DNA of 64,000 nt, from NCBI GenBank assembly GCA_963713615.1, contig CAVQMM010000001.1, positions 1,824,001-1,888,000 on the forward strand, written 5' to 3'. Numbering within the stretch: the stretch's first letter is position 1; the number at the start of each line of letters is the position of its first letter. A program made the position numbers and the translations under genes. The notes below the pieces were generated by a model, which saw only the letters and a program-made list of their open reading frames with translations, ran no database searches and was not told the origin of the DNA. Source of the DNA: an uncultured Chlamydiae bacterium (GTDB lineage: Bacteria; Chlamydiota; Chlamydiia; Chlamydiales; JAJFMA01). Positions 50,117-61,177 of the stretch are shown here, piece after piece.

Positions 50117-52111
50117 TCACTCCTCATGCTGATACTGCGCCTTTATCTCGTGAATGACTGCTGGGTCTGATAGTGTTGTAACATCCCCCAATACGCGTCC
50201 CTCTGCGATGTCGCGGAGAAGTCGACGCATAATCTTCCCACTGCGCGTTTTTGGAAGCTCGGCAATAAAATAAATCTCATCAGGTCTTGCTATCGCTCCA
50301 ATTTTCTTGACGACGTGGCGTTTGAGGCTGTCTTTTAAGGCGTCATTACCTAATACACCTTCCTTTAACACGACAAATCCCACAACAGCTTGGCCTTTGA
50401 TCGTATGGTTAACAGCGATGGCCGCAGCCTCTGCGACTCCTTCAAAGTCTACCAAAGCGCTTTCTATCTCCATAGTGCCCAAGCGGTGCCCTGAAACGTT
50501 TATGACATCGTCGACACGTCCCATCAGCCAGAAAAAGCCGTCTTGATCGATCTTTGCGCCATCACCGGTAAAATAATAGCGCCCATTCCATTTGCGCCAA
50601 TAGGTCTCCTCATAGCGCTTTGGGTCCTTATGGATACCTCTTAGCATAGAAGGCCACGGAGATGTCGCCGCTAGATACCCTGAGAGGCATGCACTTCCAT
50701 TTTCATCGACCACGGACATATCGATTCCTGGAAGAGGTTTTGTCGCACACCCTGGTTTCAACGGCGTGATCCCCGGAATAGGTGCAATTAGAATGCTGCC
50801 CGTTTCCGTCTGCCACCACGTGTCTGAAATAGGACACCGTTGGCCACCCACATGATTGTAATACCACCACCACGCTTCGGGATTGATGGGTTCCCCAACG
50901 GAGCCCAACATACGTAACGACGACAAGTTACTGCCTTGAAGCCACCCCTCCCCCCATTTCATAAATGTTCGGATCGCTGTAGGGGCTGTGTAGAGAATGG
51001 ACACCTTATATTTTTCGATAAGCTTCCAGTAGCGATCCTTTTCGGGATAGTCGGGAGTGCCTTCAAAGATCATCACCGTTAGACCATTGGAAAGGGGGCC
51101 ATAGACAACATAGCTGTGCCCAGTGATCCATCCGATATCTGCCGTACACCAATAGACATCGGAAGGCTTGGTATCAAAAATCCAACGTGTGGTCAGGGTG
51201 GTTTGTACAAGATAACCGCCCGTAGTATGAACGATGCCCTTGGGCTTTCCTGTGGTCCCTGAGGTATAGAGAATAAACAAAATGTCTTCTGCATCCATTT
51301 CCTCTGCTTTACAAAGAGACTGTGCACTAGTCATGAGGTCATGATACCAGAAGTCTCTCGTGGCATGCATATCCACAGATTGCCCCGTATGCTTGACAAC
51401 AACAACCTTTGTCAGGCCAAGGCAATCGACGATAGCCTCATCCGTTGCTTGCTTTAGATTTACCGTACGTCCTCGGCGAAATCCTCCATCAGCTGTGATG
51501 ACAAGCTTCGCTTCAGCATCCTGTATACGGTCTTTTAATGCATCGGCCGAGAAACCACCAAATACGACTGTGTGGATGGCTCCAATGCGTGCACAACTAA
51601 GCATGGCGACAACTGCCTCGGGAATCATAGGCATGTAGATGGCTACGCAGTCACCTTTCTGAATTCCTAAAGACGTAAGCGCATTGCTAAATTTATTCAC
51701 CTCCCTATACAGGTCAGAATAGGTCAAAGTGCGCTGCTCACCACGTTCTCCCTCCCAAATAAGCGCAGCCTTGTCTCTTGTTTCGCTATGCATATGCCTA
51801 TCTAAGCAGTTGTAGCAGGCATTAAGCTTGCCGCCCACATACCACTTTGCATAGGGAGGTGTCCATTCCAAGGTCTTTTCCCAAGGCTGAAACCACTCAA
51901 GGCAGCTTGCCTGGGATGCCCAGAAGGCTAATCGGTCCTGTTCCGCCTCCTGAAAAAGAGCGTCGGATTGAATATTTGCCTGGGCAATGAATTCCAAAGA
52001 TGGTCTAACAATCGTATTCGACTCTGTAAGAAACTCCTCTGTAGCACCAAGGCCACTATTTGCTAGCATTGACGTTGCAAAAAAATAGAGAAGGAGGTGA
52101 GATCGTGTCAT
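50117..52111 (-). CDS. acs: Acetyl-CoA synthetase with signal-peptide-like N-terminal extension
   Basis: YTSGTTGKPKG, DTWWQTETG, GRVDDV, PKTRSGKIMRR. Confidence 0.95.
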   Translation of the reverse strand: MTRSHLLLYFFATSMLANSGLGATEEFLTESNTIVRPSLEFIAQANIQSDALFQEAEQDRLAFWASQASCLEWFQPWEKTLEWTPPYAKWYVGGKLNACYNCLDRHMHSETRDKAALIWEGERGEQRTLTYSDLYREVNKFSNALTSLGIQKGDCVAIYMPMIPEAVVAMLSCARIGAIHTVVFGGFSADALKDRIQDAEAKLVITADGGFRRGRTVNLKQATDEAIVDCLGLTKVVVVKHTGQSVDMHATRDFWYHDLMTSAQSLCKAEEMDAEDILFILYTSGTTGKPKGIVHTTGGYLVQTTLTTRWIFDTKPSDVYWCTADIGWITGHSYVVYGPLSNGLTVMIFEGTPDYPEKDRYWKLIEKYKVSILYTAPTAIRTFMKWGEGWLQGSNLSSLRMLGSVGEPINPEAWWWYYNHVGGQRCPISDTWWQTETGSILIAPIPGITPLKPGCATKPLPGIDMSVVDENGSACLSGYLAATSPWPSMLRGIHKDPKRYEETYWRKWNGRYYFTGDGAKIDQDGFFWLMGRVDDVINVSGHRLGTMEIESALVDFEGVAEAAAIAVNHTIKGQAVVGFVVLKEGVLGNDALKDSLKRHVVKKIGAIARPDEIYFIAELPKTRSGKIMRRLLRDIAEGRVLGDVTTLSDPAVIHEIKAQYQHEE

Positions 52112-52196
52112 TTTAACTTCCCATGTTGTGTAGCGGAAATAGCGAAAACTTTATTGTGTTACAAAATATACCACAATCGGATTAAGGGGTGTTCCA

Positions 52197-52985
52197 ATGC
52201 CAGCTCTTCATGTCTTCTTGGTCGCCTCATTATTTATCTATTCGGCTGTTCTGGGTGATAATCATGTTTCCATCAATGTCAACCAGATCTCTCCCAATGG
52301 AGCACCGATGGCTGTTAGCCTGGGGGCCAATTGCGAATCTGCCCATATAGCTGATGCCATTGGACTACGAAAGGCAGCGTTTCCATTGGATTGGATTGTT
52401 TCAGGAAATATCGAAAAACTGATTGAGTTATTAGATAAAGATTTTCTGCATGTTCTTCATGAATCCTTTCTGATACCCAATGAACTCACTAGCGGCCTCT
52501 TGCATACCTACTATCATTTGGAGTTTGTTCATGAGGGTGATTTCCGAGGAAATAACTACCGGAAAAATATCGAGATTTTCAAAACAAAATACCGACGTAG
52601 AGTTGAGCGTTTCAAAAATCTGGCATCCTACAGAGGCAAGGTCTACTTTATCCGCATACCAGACATCAATGCCATGAATGAACGCGTTCGCTACTATCCC
52701 TGTATCGATAACCTGGAAGTCACAGATACTGATGCTATTAGATTATATGAGGCGCTCAAAAGACGCTTTCCACATCTCGATTTTACGCTGGTCATTGTTA
52801 ATTATTGGGAGTATGACAACTTTGAATTTGAGGGAAAGATCTATGACGACCTCTTACTCGTGAAAATCAATCCAGCAATGAATCGTGAAGTAAAATTCGC
52901 GATGTGTAAACATTTTTTTGATAGGATCATGGCGGAAGATGATGGTCCGAGTATGCGTCGATGGAGAAAAAGAAACTCACACTAA
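52197..52985 (+). CDS. DUF1796 putative papain-like cysteine peptidase
   Basis: SLGANC, FPLDW, FVHE, KYRRRVERF. Confidence 0.75.
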   Translation: MPALHVFLVASLFIYSAVLGDNHVSINVNQISPNGAPMAVSLGANCESAHIADAIGLRKAAFPLDWIVSGNIEKLIELLDKDFLHVLHESFLIPNELTSGLLHTYYHLEFVHEGDFRGNNYRKNIEIFKTKYRRRVERFKNLASYRGKVYFIRIPDINAMNERVRYYPCIDNLEVTDTDAIRLYEALKRRFPHLDFTLVIVNYWEYDNFEFEGKIYDDLLLVKINPAMNREVKFAMCKHFFDRIMAEDDGPSMRRWRKRNSH

Positions 52986-54382
52986 TTCTGAGAAGGCTGC
53001 CAGCCGCCGAGCTGTCGCTCGAGATGCGCAGCAACCGCTAGAGCAACGTGATCTTTCCATGGAGCGGCAACAATTTGCACGCCTATAGGCAGTCCATCCG
53101 CACTGGTTCCACAACGCACTACCGCTGCTGGCCATCTGGCCAAATTATAAGCCATGGTATAGCTATGATCCTTGACTTCAGCATTTGATGTTCCATGAAG
53201 CTTCGCTGGTGTAGCAGCCACGGGGCATATAATAACGTCATAGTCATCCAGAAAACGTAGCATCTGAGAGCGAAAGTAGTCGATTTCGTTGAGACGCGAG
53301 CGCAGATCGGTGACCGAAAAGCGCACCTCTTTGGCGGCATCCAAAAAGCCCTGCAGCAATGGCGATGGCGTCATCACACCAATATGGTTTAAATACCCCA
53401 TCAACCCCTCACCACCATCTCCACCAAGGGCTAACGTCTCTGATACAAGCCGAAAACTTATGCTCAGAGGGCTCGGACGAGCTTCAGTGACATTTTTTGT
53501 GTAGTCACGCAGACTATCCGCTGCCTGCAGCACCGTTTTTATGGTGTTCATGCTGGCTGTTGAAAAGCCGTCGTCGGTATAGTAGGCGATACGGAGGCTC
53601 TTTAAATTAACCTTAGAAGGATCTCCAACCGGAATTGGCAATGTATCTGGATCTCTTCCATTTGGTCCCGCTAAAATGGGAAGTGCAAGAATGAGATCTT
53701 CGACAAAGCGAGCCATGGGTCCTGCGGTTACAAGCATGCCAAAAATGCCTGGACATTCGCCCAAAATACTACCGGTCGAAGTAGGCAACAACCCAAGAGT
53801 AGGCTTTAAGCCTGCGATACCACAGTTATGCGCGGGTACACGAATGCTTCCACCGGCATCGCTACCAAAACCTAAAGCTGATCCACCAGCCGCTAGAATG
53901 GCGGCCTCACCACCGCTACTCCCCCCAGTAGTACGTTCGAAGTTATAGGGGTTTAATGTTCGTCCATATAGGCTGTTATCCGTCTCAAAAGCCATCAACA
54001 ACTCGGGAACGTTAGTGATCCCAAGAATAATAGCGCCTTCTTGACGATAGCGAGCCACCAGAGTGGCATCCTCAGTGCCTAGCTTCTGCAAACCCACACA
54101 ACCACAGGAGCCTACCAGGCCTTTTACCCAATGAGAGTCTTTGATGGTTACTGGAATACCGTGTAGCTTACCTAACGGGCTTCCTGACGCAACTTTAGCA
54201 TCAGCCTCTGCAGCTTGCTTTAAAACTTCTGAAGGATCGACTTGCTGAACGATAGCGTTGAGGGTGGGATTTACTACTGCAATACGATCGAGATAGGCAT
54301 AGGCTACTTCAACACAAGACACCTGCTTGGATCGGATCAGAGAAATGAGTTTGCATGCCGATATCTTGTTCAACTCGTTCAT
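52982..54382 (-). CDS. Amidase signature family enzyme
   Basis: GIPVTIKD, GGSSGGEAA, GSDAGGSIRVP. Confidence 0.92.
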   Translation of the reverse strand: MNELNKISACKLISLIRSKQVSCVEVAYAYLDRIAVVNPTLNAIVQQVDPSEVLKQAAEADAKVASGSPLGKLHGIPVTIKDSHWVKGLVGSCGCVGLQKLGTEDATLVARYRQEGAIILGITNVPELLMAFETDNSLYGRTLNPYNFERTTGGSSGGEAAILAAGGSALGFGSDAGGSIRVPAHNCGIAGLKPTLGLLPTSTGSILGECPGIFGMLVTAGPMARFVEDLILALPILAGPNGRDPDTLPIPVGDPSKVNLKSLRIAYYTDDGFSTASMNTIKTVLQAADSLRDYTKNVTEARPSPLSISFRLVSETLALGGDGGEGLMGYLNHIGVMTPSPLLQGFLDAAKEVRFSVTDLRSRLNEIDYFRSQMLRFLDDYDVIICPVAATPAKLHGTSNAEVKDHSYTMAYNLARWPAAVVRCGTSADGLPIGVQIVAAPWKDHVALAVAAHLERQLGGWQPSQN

Positions 54383-54607
54383 AATGACCCGAAACGGTTC
54401 GTGTATTTTTTTTAACGCATTGACGCAAAGAAGAGCTCATTTTTGCCTTTCGCTAGTACTTTACAACTTGGTATTGATTTTTAGAATCTCAAAAAACTTA
54501 AATCAACCGTCCACAGGGTTCCAGGGGGAATTGTATTGAAAAAAAAGGAACTTCCGATTACATAGGATGCACAAATATCTACCCTAATCGACGAAAGGAC
54601 CACCTCA

Positions 54608-55381
54608 ATGAAAGGTTTCTGCCCCCTGGCTTCAGGATCCAAGGGCAACTGTATCTATGTTGGCACAGAACATACCAAAATACTCATTGATGCTGGGATC
54701 AGCAGACGCATGCTCATCGGTCGCCTGGCGGAAATTGGTGTAGAGCTTTCGCAAATCGATGCCATTTTAATCACGCATGAACATACAGACCATATTCAGG
54801 GTCTCAATACGCTAGCTTTCCGAATGGGCATTCCCGTACTGGCTAACGCAGAGACCGCTAAAGGAATCGTAGAGCATTTTCAGGATTGCCCGAAATTCAA
54901 GATTTTCACCACTGGCGAAACGTTCGAGTTTGGGGACCTAGAGATTCATCCCTTTTCTATCCAACACGACACTCTTGATCCGGTAGCTTTTACCATCAAA
55001 ACCGGTGGCTTAAAGCTCGGCTTCTGTGCCGACCTAGGTTTCGCCACGACTCTGGTGGTTAACCATCTTAAAGATTGCGACTATTTGTATTTGGAGTCCA
55101 ACCACGATCCAGTCCTAGTTCAAGCAAGCCCACGTCCAATGGTCTATAAGCAGCGCGTATTGGGTCGTAGCGGTCATCTCTCAAATGGTCAATGTGCTGA
55201 ATTGCTGGAAAAGATATGCCATGCGGACCTCAAGCATGTGCACCTGGCGCATTTGTCCAGTGAATGTAATACGCACGATCTCGCCCTCCAGGTTGTTGGT
55301 GAGGTGCTAAAACGTTTAGGCGCCACCACGGAATACGGCGTGGCACCTCAAGACCGTAATGCACGAGCTATTGCCTTTTAG
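54608..55381 (+). CDS. MBL-fold metallo-hydrolase (YycJ/PhnP-like)
   Basis: SGSKGN, THEHTDH, ESNHD, GHLSN, HLSSECN. Confidence 0.9.
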   Translation: MKGFCPLASGSKGNCIYVGTEHTKILIDAGISRRMLIGRLAEIGVELSQIDAILITHEHTDHIQGLNTLAFRMGIPVLANAETAKGIVEHFQDCPKFKIFTTGETFEFGDLEIHPFSIQHDTLDPVAFTIKTGGLKLGFCADLGFATTLVVNHLKDCDYLYLESNHDPVLVQASPRPMVYKQRVLGRSGHLSNGQCAELLEKICHADLKHVHLAHLSSECNTHDLALQVVGEVLKRLGATTEYGVAPQDRNARAIAF

Positions 55382-55421
55382 AGAGCCCCGGCCACAGAAG
55401 GCTTGTAGTGTCGAAACAGCC

Positions 55422-55665
55422 ATAAAACCCTCACAATCGTGTCTCGGCGCGAAGCGCTTTGGAGTGCGGTCGCTCGCGACCGCTTTGGATTTGGACGAAC
55501 TAGACACTTTACAAACTTTGACTTATCCCTTCTGCATGTATATTGAGGGCTGTACTAACTGCACAAACCTCACGCAGGGCTAGAGGCTTGCCCAAATCCA
55601 AAGCGGTCACGAGCGACACGCACTCCAAAGCGCTGCGCACCGAGATATGATTGTGAGGGCTTTAT
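55422..55665. repeat. REP-doublet element copy 5 (spacer type C)
   Basis: Same arms with an unrelated spacer of about 90 bp; outer flanks resemble those of copy 1. Confidence 0.88.
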
Positions 55666-55709
55666 AGCCATCCGACATCTCAAAAGATTTCTGCAACTAC
55701 CTCAGCTGG

Positions 55710-56600
55710 TTATTTTTTTAAGCGCTTCGCCGGCTTTGCCTTCGATGCCTTCGCTTTAGTAACCGGAATCGCTTTGCCGGCACGGCCTTTAGGCTTGGCG
55801 GGCGATGTTGCCTCCATCGTTAGAATCCTGCGTGGACGACCTCTGGGCTTCTTCAAAGGTTCAGAAGTTTTAGCCGGAATAACCGCCTCGTCCATATCAA
55901 TCCCAAACAATGCAGATAGTTCGCTATCCTCAACAGCATTGGTAGCACTCATTGCAGGCGTCAGAATACTACCAGCGTCAGCCGTAGCAACCAAATCAAG
56001 GTGATCAACATGACGTAGGGCAAACAACCCTTCTGGCTCGTGATCTAAGGATGCACCAACTCCATACAGAACAGCAGCAACATGCTTACACATCCTAGCA
56101 CCGTCAGGACATGAACAGCTCATCTTGATCTCCTTAGGCTGCGGAAAGAGACCATTTTCTCTTCCTGTAATCACTTCCATCACTGCTTTAGAAAATGTTC
56201 CGAGTAGCAATTCGATGAGAGAGTCAATCTTGCCTACGCATGCTTTTATCAGCGCTTTCCACTTAGATGCGGGCAACGATGCAATCTCGATATTAACGTG
56301 GTAGAGCGAGGAGCCCATGACTTGAGCTTGTACCTGTCCCTTGGTGATTTTTAAATCGATGACGGAACCATTGCGCACATAGGTACGTCCACGTGGTAGA
56401 CGATTGCTGAAGTCACTGTAGGCCTCCAGATGATTACACCAAGCTTGACCCCAAAAGGTTTTGGTAATTTTCCTACCATTAATAACAACAGGATTGAAAA
56501 CATGCCCTTTTTTTTCTAAAGTCTGGCGATGTTTGGCGGCCTTAGCCCGCCGGTCCGCAACAGAAACATAAGGTGCCCACTGATAATCTCTGTACCCCAT
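55710..56600 (-). CDS. SWIM zinc-finger protein with basic C-terminal tail
   Basis: RLPRGRTY, CSCPD...CKH; tail contains KPRGRPR. Confidence 0.9.
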   Translation of the reverse strand: MGYRDYQWAPYVSVADRRAKAAKHRQTLEKKGHVFNPVVINGRKITKTFWGQAWCNHLEAYSDFSNRLPRGRTYVRNGSVIDLKITKGQVQAQVMGSSLYHVNIEIASLPASKWKALIKACVGKIDSLIELLLGTFSKAVMEVITGRENGLFPQPKEIKMSCSCPDGARMCKHVAAVLYGVGASLDHEPEGLFALRHVDHLDLVATADAGSILTPAMSATNAVEDSELSALFGIDMDEAVIPAKTSEPLKKPRGRPRRILTMEATSPAKPKGRAGKAIPVTKAKASKAKPAKRLKK

Positions 56601-56615
56601 CTCGGTATACTCCTC

Positions 56616-59375
56616 CTAGGTTTCCGCAATAGCTCGATTTAGGTCGAGCGTTATGATATTGATGAGTTCTTCATCCGTTAGTTCAGTCAAACGTACTTCG
56701 CCATCACCTTCTAACAAATCCTCAGCAAGCTGTTTCTTAGAGGTAATAAGCGCATCAATCTTCTCTTCAATAGTGCCTTGGCAAATAAACTTGTGGACCA
56801 AAACCGGATGTTTCTGCCCAATGCGGTATGCGCGGTCGGTTGCTTGATTTTCAACTGCAGGATTCCACCACCGGTCAAAATGAATCACATGAGATGCCCT
56901 CGTAAGGTTAAGGCCGGTGCCTCCGGCTTTTAGCGATAGGACGAAGAATGGAGGTCCTTGTTCTTGCTGAAAACTAGCAACCAACTCAGCACGCTTACCC
57001 ACCGCTGTTTCCCCACTCAAGGTTAGACCCTCGCATCCAAATACCTGCGTCAACATTGCAGCAATAGCGGGAATGATCTCACGAAACTGTGTAAAAATGA
57101 GTACTTTCTCTTGCTTAGCAGCAATTTCTTCACAAATCTCTCGCAGACGCATAAACTTACCACTCTTCTCTACAGCGTAGTCACCGTATCCTAGCCATTG
57201 TGTGGGGTGGTTACAAATCTGCTTGAAGCGCATCAGATAGGAAAGGACGATTCCTCGACGCTGGATACCTTTGGCCTCTTGCAGCTGCCGCTTGAGCTCT
57301 GTAACCGATTGTTCGTAAAGGCATGTCTGCTCTTTGCTAAGCCCACAAAACGTTTGTACTTCCGTCTTGTCAGGAAGGTCGCAAATGATCTTCTTGTCAC
57401 TCTTTAAACGCCGTAAAATATAGGGCTGCGTCAAATGCCGCAGAGTGGATACAAAGCGCGAATACTGCAAAGCCCCGTCGCCCTTGCTGACCTTTTTGAT
57501 AAAGTCAGAGAATGCCTTGCTGGTGCCCAACAGACCGGGTGAAGTAAAATCAAATAAAGACCAGAGATCACCCAATCGATTTTCGATTGGCGTACCCGTT
57601 AGCGTTAGCCTTACCTGACTTTTAAGCTGCTTAACAGCACGTGTTTGCTTGGTACCAGGATTTTTGATCTGCTGGGCTTCATCGAGGATAAGAAGATCCC
57701 ATTGAATTTCCTCTAACCGTTTCAAACGATGGAGGTAGGCGTAGGTGGTAATAACGATATCCGTCCTGTCTAGCTCCTCTGGGGATAGATGAGCTAGATC
57801 ACCACCCCTAGCCGAGCTGTGAGCAATGAGGATGTTTAAAGTAGGCGCAAAACGGGAGGCTTCTGCCTGCCAATTTCCTATTAAAGATGCAGGTACAACG
57901 AGCAGATGAGGCTTTTTGACCTTTAAAGATGTGTGGTGCTTAACCAGCAGACAGAGAGCTAACACCTGGATCGTCTTGCCTAGGCCCATATCGTCAGCCA
58001 AACAACCACCCAAACGAAGTTGGTATAGCAGCCATAGCCACTGAACACCATCCATCTGATAGGGACGAAGAGTGGCTACTAAATATTGATTTAAAACCTG
58101 CTCTAATTTCTTCTCATGGGCTACTTGAGGGCTTCTTAACTTCTGTAAAACATCCTTTAACCAATCGCCAGCCACCACAGCGGACCAATCGGCAGCAGAA
58201 TCCACCAATCCTAAGTCGTCTTCCAATGCATGTAGGCCCAATCCTGAAATTAAACGAAGACCTTGCGCCATCGTCAATCCATCTTTGACGACCTTTTGAA
58301 CATTGTTCCAGTATTTCAGAACTTCCTGAAGCTTCTGACGATCGATCTCCACCCATTGACCTTTGACTTTGATGAGATCGCCAGATGCACTGAGCATCGA
58401 AAGCAACTCTTCGTGCGTGAGGGCCTCACCATCGCCAAGAGCCAAGTGCATATCGAAATCCAAAAGCGAACTTAGACCTAGCATGCTCTTATCGCTTTGA
58501 CCAATTTGAACCTGTACTTTAGGTCTAGGAGGGGCCTGATTATTCCACCAGTTTGGAACACGCACCACAACACCACTAGATTCCATCACAGAGATGTCGC
58601 GCAAGAAACGATGTGCCTCCTGAGGACTCCAGGCTAGCGTCTGAAAGATGGCGCCTGAATCAACCAGGCCTTGGATAAACGAGCTTTGATTAGCGGCTTT
58701 TTGCACGGGCCGCAACAGCGACAGAAGTGCTGCTTTATTTTTCTCGCCCGCATAATCTTCCAAGGCTCTTCGCAAAGGAAGATGTCGAGCTGAGGAGTCC
58801 TCAGATAGCTTTGTCGTATAGGTGGCTAAAAAAGCAAAAGGTCTTGCTTCGTCATTTTTGTTTTCAGCTAAATGAAAACAGACGCGCCCTAACAAGTTCC
58901 AACGAGGACTATGCTTACTGAGATATTCTTGGACCGCACCACCAAATTTTTCCAAAGTACAACGAAAAGCGTCAAATAAGCTGTTCCATAAATCTAAGAG
59001 CACATCGATGTTTAAATACTCGACGCCTCGGATACAGGGTGCGCAATCGACAAATTCTTGAAGTTCGGACAGCTTGGGTACCGAGATGTTCGGAAGACCT
59101 TGCTCATCTGATAGATGGCTATGTTTACAAACGTGTGCGACAAAATGGCGAGACAGCGACTGCCAAAACAAAAAACTCGGAGATAGCGGTAAAGAGATCT
59201 CCTGAATGCCTAGTTGCAGTAGTCCACTTGGCCCCCCCTCGGCAAATAGGCCACACATCAAGGTAAAAGCCTCTGGTGATAGCTTTTCGCCAACCTGCTC
59301 ACTGGTGTCTAAATAAACACGCCCCTCAGGAGAAAGGGTCAGTCCTACATTAATCAAACGTGATGCTTCATTCAT
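56616..59375 (-). CDS. SNF2-family helicase/ATPase
   Basis: LRPYQ, ADDMGLGKT, DEAQ, TGTPIEN, DRWWNPAVENQATDRAYRIGQ. Confidence 0.95.
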   Translation of the reverse strand: MNEASRLINVGLTLSPEGRVYLDTSEQVGEKLSPEAFTLMCGLFAEGGPSGLLQLGIQEISLPLSPSFLFWQSLSRHFVAHVCKHSHLSDEQGLPNISVPKLSELQEFVDCAPCIRGVEYLNIDVLLDLWNSLFDAFRCTLEKFGGAVQEYLSKHSPRWNLLGRVCFHLAENKNDEARPFAFLATYTTKLSEDSSARHLPLRRALEDYAGEKNKAALLSLLRPVQKAANQSSFIQGLVDSGAIFQTLAWSPQEAHRFLRDISVMESSGVVVRVPNWWNNQAPPRPKVQVQIGQSDKSMLGLSSLLDFDMHLALGDGEALTHEELLSMLSASGDLIKVKGQWVEIDRQKLQEVLKYWNNVQKVVKDGLTMAQGLRLISGLGLHALEDDLGLVDSAADWSAVVAGDWLKDVLQKLRSPQVAHEKKLEQVLNQYLVATLRPYQMDGVQWLWLLYQLRLGGCLADDMGLGKTIQVLALCLLVKHHTSLKVKKPHLLVVPASLIGNWQAEASRFAPTLNILIAHSSARGGDLAHLSPEELDRTDIVITTYAYLHRLKRLEEIQWDLLILDEAQQIKNPGTKQTRAVKQLKSQVRLTLTGTPIENRLGDLWSLFDFTSPGLLGTSKAFSDFIKKVSKGDGALQYSRFVSTLRHLTQPYILRRLKSDKKIICDLPDKTEVQTFCGLSKEQTCLYEQSVTELKRQLQEAKGIQRRGIVLSYLMRFKQICNHPTQWLGYGDYAVEKSGKFMRLREICEEIAAKQEKVLIFTQFREIIPAIAAMLTQVFGCEGLTLSGETAVGKRAELVASFQQEQGPPFFVLSLKAGGTGLNLTRASHVIHFDRWWNPAVENQATDRAYRIGQKHPVLVHKFICQGTIEEKIDALITSKKQLAEDLLEGDGEVRLTELTDEELINIITLDLNRAIAET

Positions 59376-59469
59376 AATTGGTTAAGATGCGTTAAATGAT
59401 AATGGTATGGTAGAGACATTAGCCACACAAATCAAGCAAATATTTATGGTCCTTTGCTTGGCGCAATTT

Positions 59470-59825
59470 CCTACGTGGCGCAATCATTCCATGACTGCGA
59501 GAACGGTTGAAACAGGTCCCGTTTGCATCACATGGGACAATTGTTTTGCACGTCTCCACAATTGCAACGTATGGATTCGGTTAGGCTGCATGTACTAACC
59601 CTTTTACCCTTAGCGAATGATACTGATGCCGTTTCACATGACCATCGCAAGGAACGGAAAGCGGTCGCAAGCGACCGCACTCCAAAGCGCTGCGCGCCGA
59701 GTAACACTTGTGAGGGCTTCGGTCGATGCGTAACGTTCATTCGGATAGACGCTATTTCGGATACGTGCCGCTGTCAAGAAAAAGATGTGTGCAACACTAT
59801 GCATTCCATGACTGCGCCACATAGG
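59470..59825. repeat. Composite palindromic element, inverted homologue of 17012-17270, with one REP unit
   Basis: Terminal IR CCTA(C/T)GTGGCGCA; holds the uninterrupted ATGCAT site (59798-59803). Confidence 0.85.
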
Positions 59826-59826
59826 A

Positions 59827-60993
59827 CTAGTTGCCACTGAAATCGGAAAAGAAGCCTTTGATCTTATCAATAAAGCCCTTGGCCTTAGGAAGATTCGCCG
59901 GAACTTCTAAAGAACTCAATTCATTTAGAAGCTCTTTCTGCTTTGCCGATAATTTTGTGGGCGTCTCCACAAAAATCTTCACCAACAAATCCCCCTTACC
60001 ACGTCCATGAACGTTGGCCATGCCCTCGCCCTTGACACGGAAGATCTTGCCACCTTGGGTTCCCTCAGGAATAACCAAACGACAAGAATGTCCCAACGGC
60101 GATGGTACTGTCTTTTTACATCCCAAAGCAGCTTCAGTGAAGCTAATAGGAAGACTGATAATGACGTCATTGCCTTCGCGTTCGAAAACCTCGTGAGCTT
60201 CCACTTGAATAAAGATGTAGAGGTCGCCAGGAGGCCCTCCACCATAACCGGCGTCGCCATGGCCACTCATCTTGAGCCGCATGCCACTGTCAACGCCTGC
60301 GGGAATGTGAACTTTGATGTTTTGCTTTTCTTTCACTAACCCATGACCGTGACATGCAGAGCAAGGGTCAGTGATCACACGGCCTTCCCCATGACACTCA
60401 GGGCAATTCATCGACATGCTAAAAAAGCCACGCTGCTCAAAGATCTGGCCATTGCCGCGACAACGTGGACACGTTTTAATGCCATTAGGAGTCTTAGATC
60501 CCTTGCCACCACACTCTTTACAGACCACTAGGTTGGTAATCGCGAGTTCCTTTTCGACGCCACGCGCCGCCTCTTCGAAAGAAATCGTCAGATTGACACG
60601 CTTGCTAGCCCCTTGGCGCGCTGTGTGCATCTGAGCCCCACCGCCACCACCGCCGCCAAAGAAGGATTCGAATATCGACTCACCGCCGCCACCAAATGCG
60701 TCCATAAAAGTGCGAAGAGCGTCTTCCATAGATGCAAAACCTTGCGGTCCACCCCCTCGAGCTCCTGCAAAACCTTGCACGCCTTCTTTGCCATGGCGGT
60801 CATATAACTTGCGCTTGTTGTCGTCACTGAGAACTTCGTATGCCTCAGAGATCTCTTTGAAGCGTTTCTCAGCTTCTGAATCTCCAGGATTACGGTCGGG
60901 GTGAAACTGAAGGGCTTTCTTACGATAAGCCTTCTTGATTTCCTCGGCAGAGGCCGCCTTGGGAACTTCCAAAATTTCGTAGTAATCAGCCAT
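59827..60993 (-). CDS. dnaJ: Chaperone DnaJ
   Basis: J-domain HPD, G/F region, four CxxCxGxG repeats. Confidence 0.98.
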   Translation of the reverse strand: MADYYEILEVPKAASAEEIKKAYRKKALQFHPDRNPGDSEAEKRFKEISEAYEVLSDDNKRKLYDRHGKEGVQGFAGARGGGPQGFASMEDALRTFMDAFGGGGESIFESFFGGGGGGGAQMHTARQGASKRVNLTISFEEAARGVEKELAITNLVVCKECGGKGSKTPNGIKTCPRCRGNGQIFEQRGFFSMSMNCPECHGEGRVITDPCSACHGHGLVKEKQNIKVHIPAGVDSGMRLKMSGHGDAGYGGGPPGDLYIFIQVEAHEVFEREGNDVIISLPISFTEAALGCKKTVPSPLGHSCRLVIPEGTQGGKIFRVKGEGMANVHGRGKGDLLVKIFVETPTKLSAKQKELLNELSSLEVPANLPKAKGFIDKIKGFFSDFSGN

Positions 60994-61177
60994 GACGTTC
61001 CATGAGAAAAGTGATTCCTAACGATGACGCAACTGCAATCAGGCGCCACTACAGCAGGGAGTTTCCCCTGCAAACTTGTCAGGATGGGGGCCGCAGACTA
61101 AGACAGCAAAAAAGTCCAATACACAAATACCAGCAGTCACAACGGTGATTGCCGAGTATAATTAGAACAAGCCTGTT

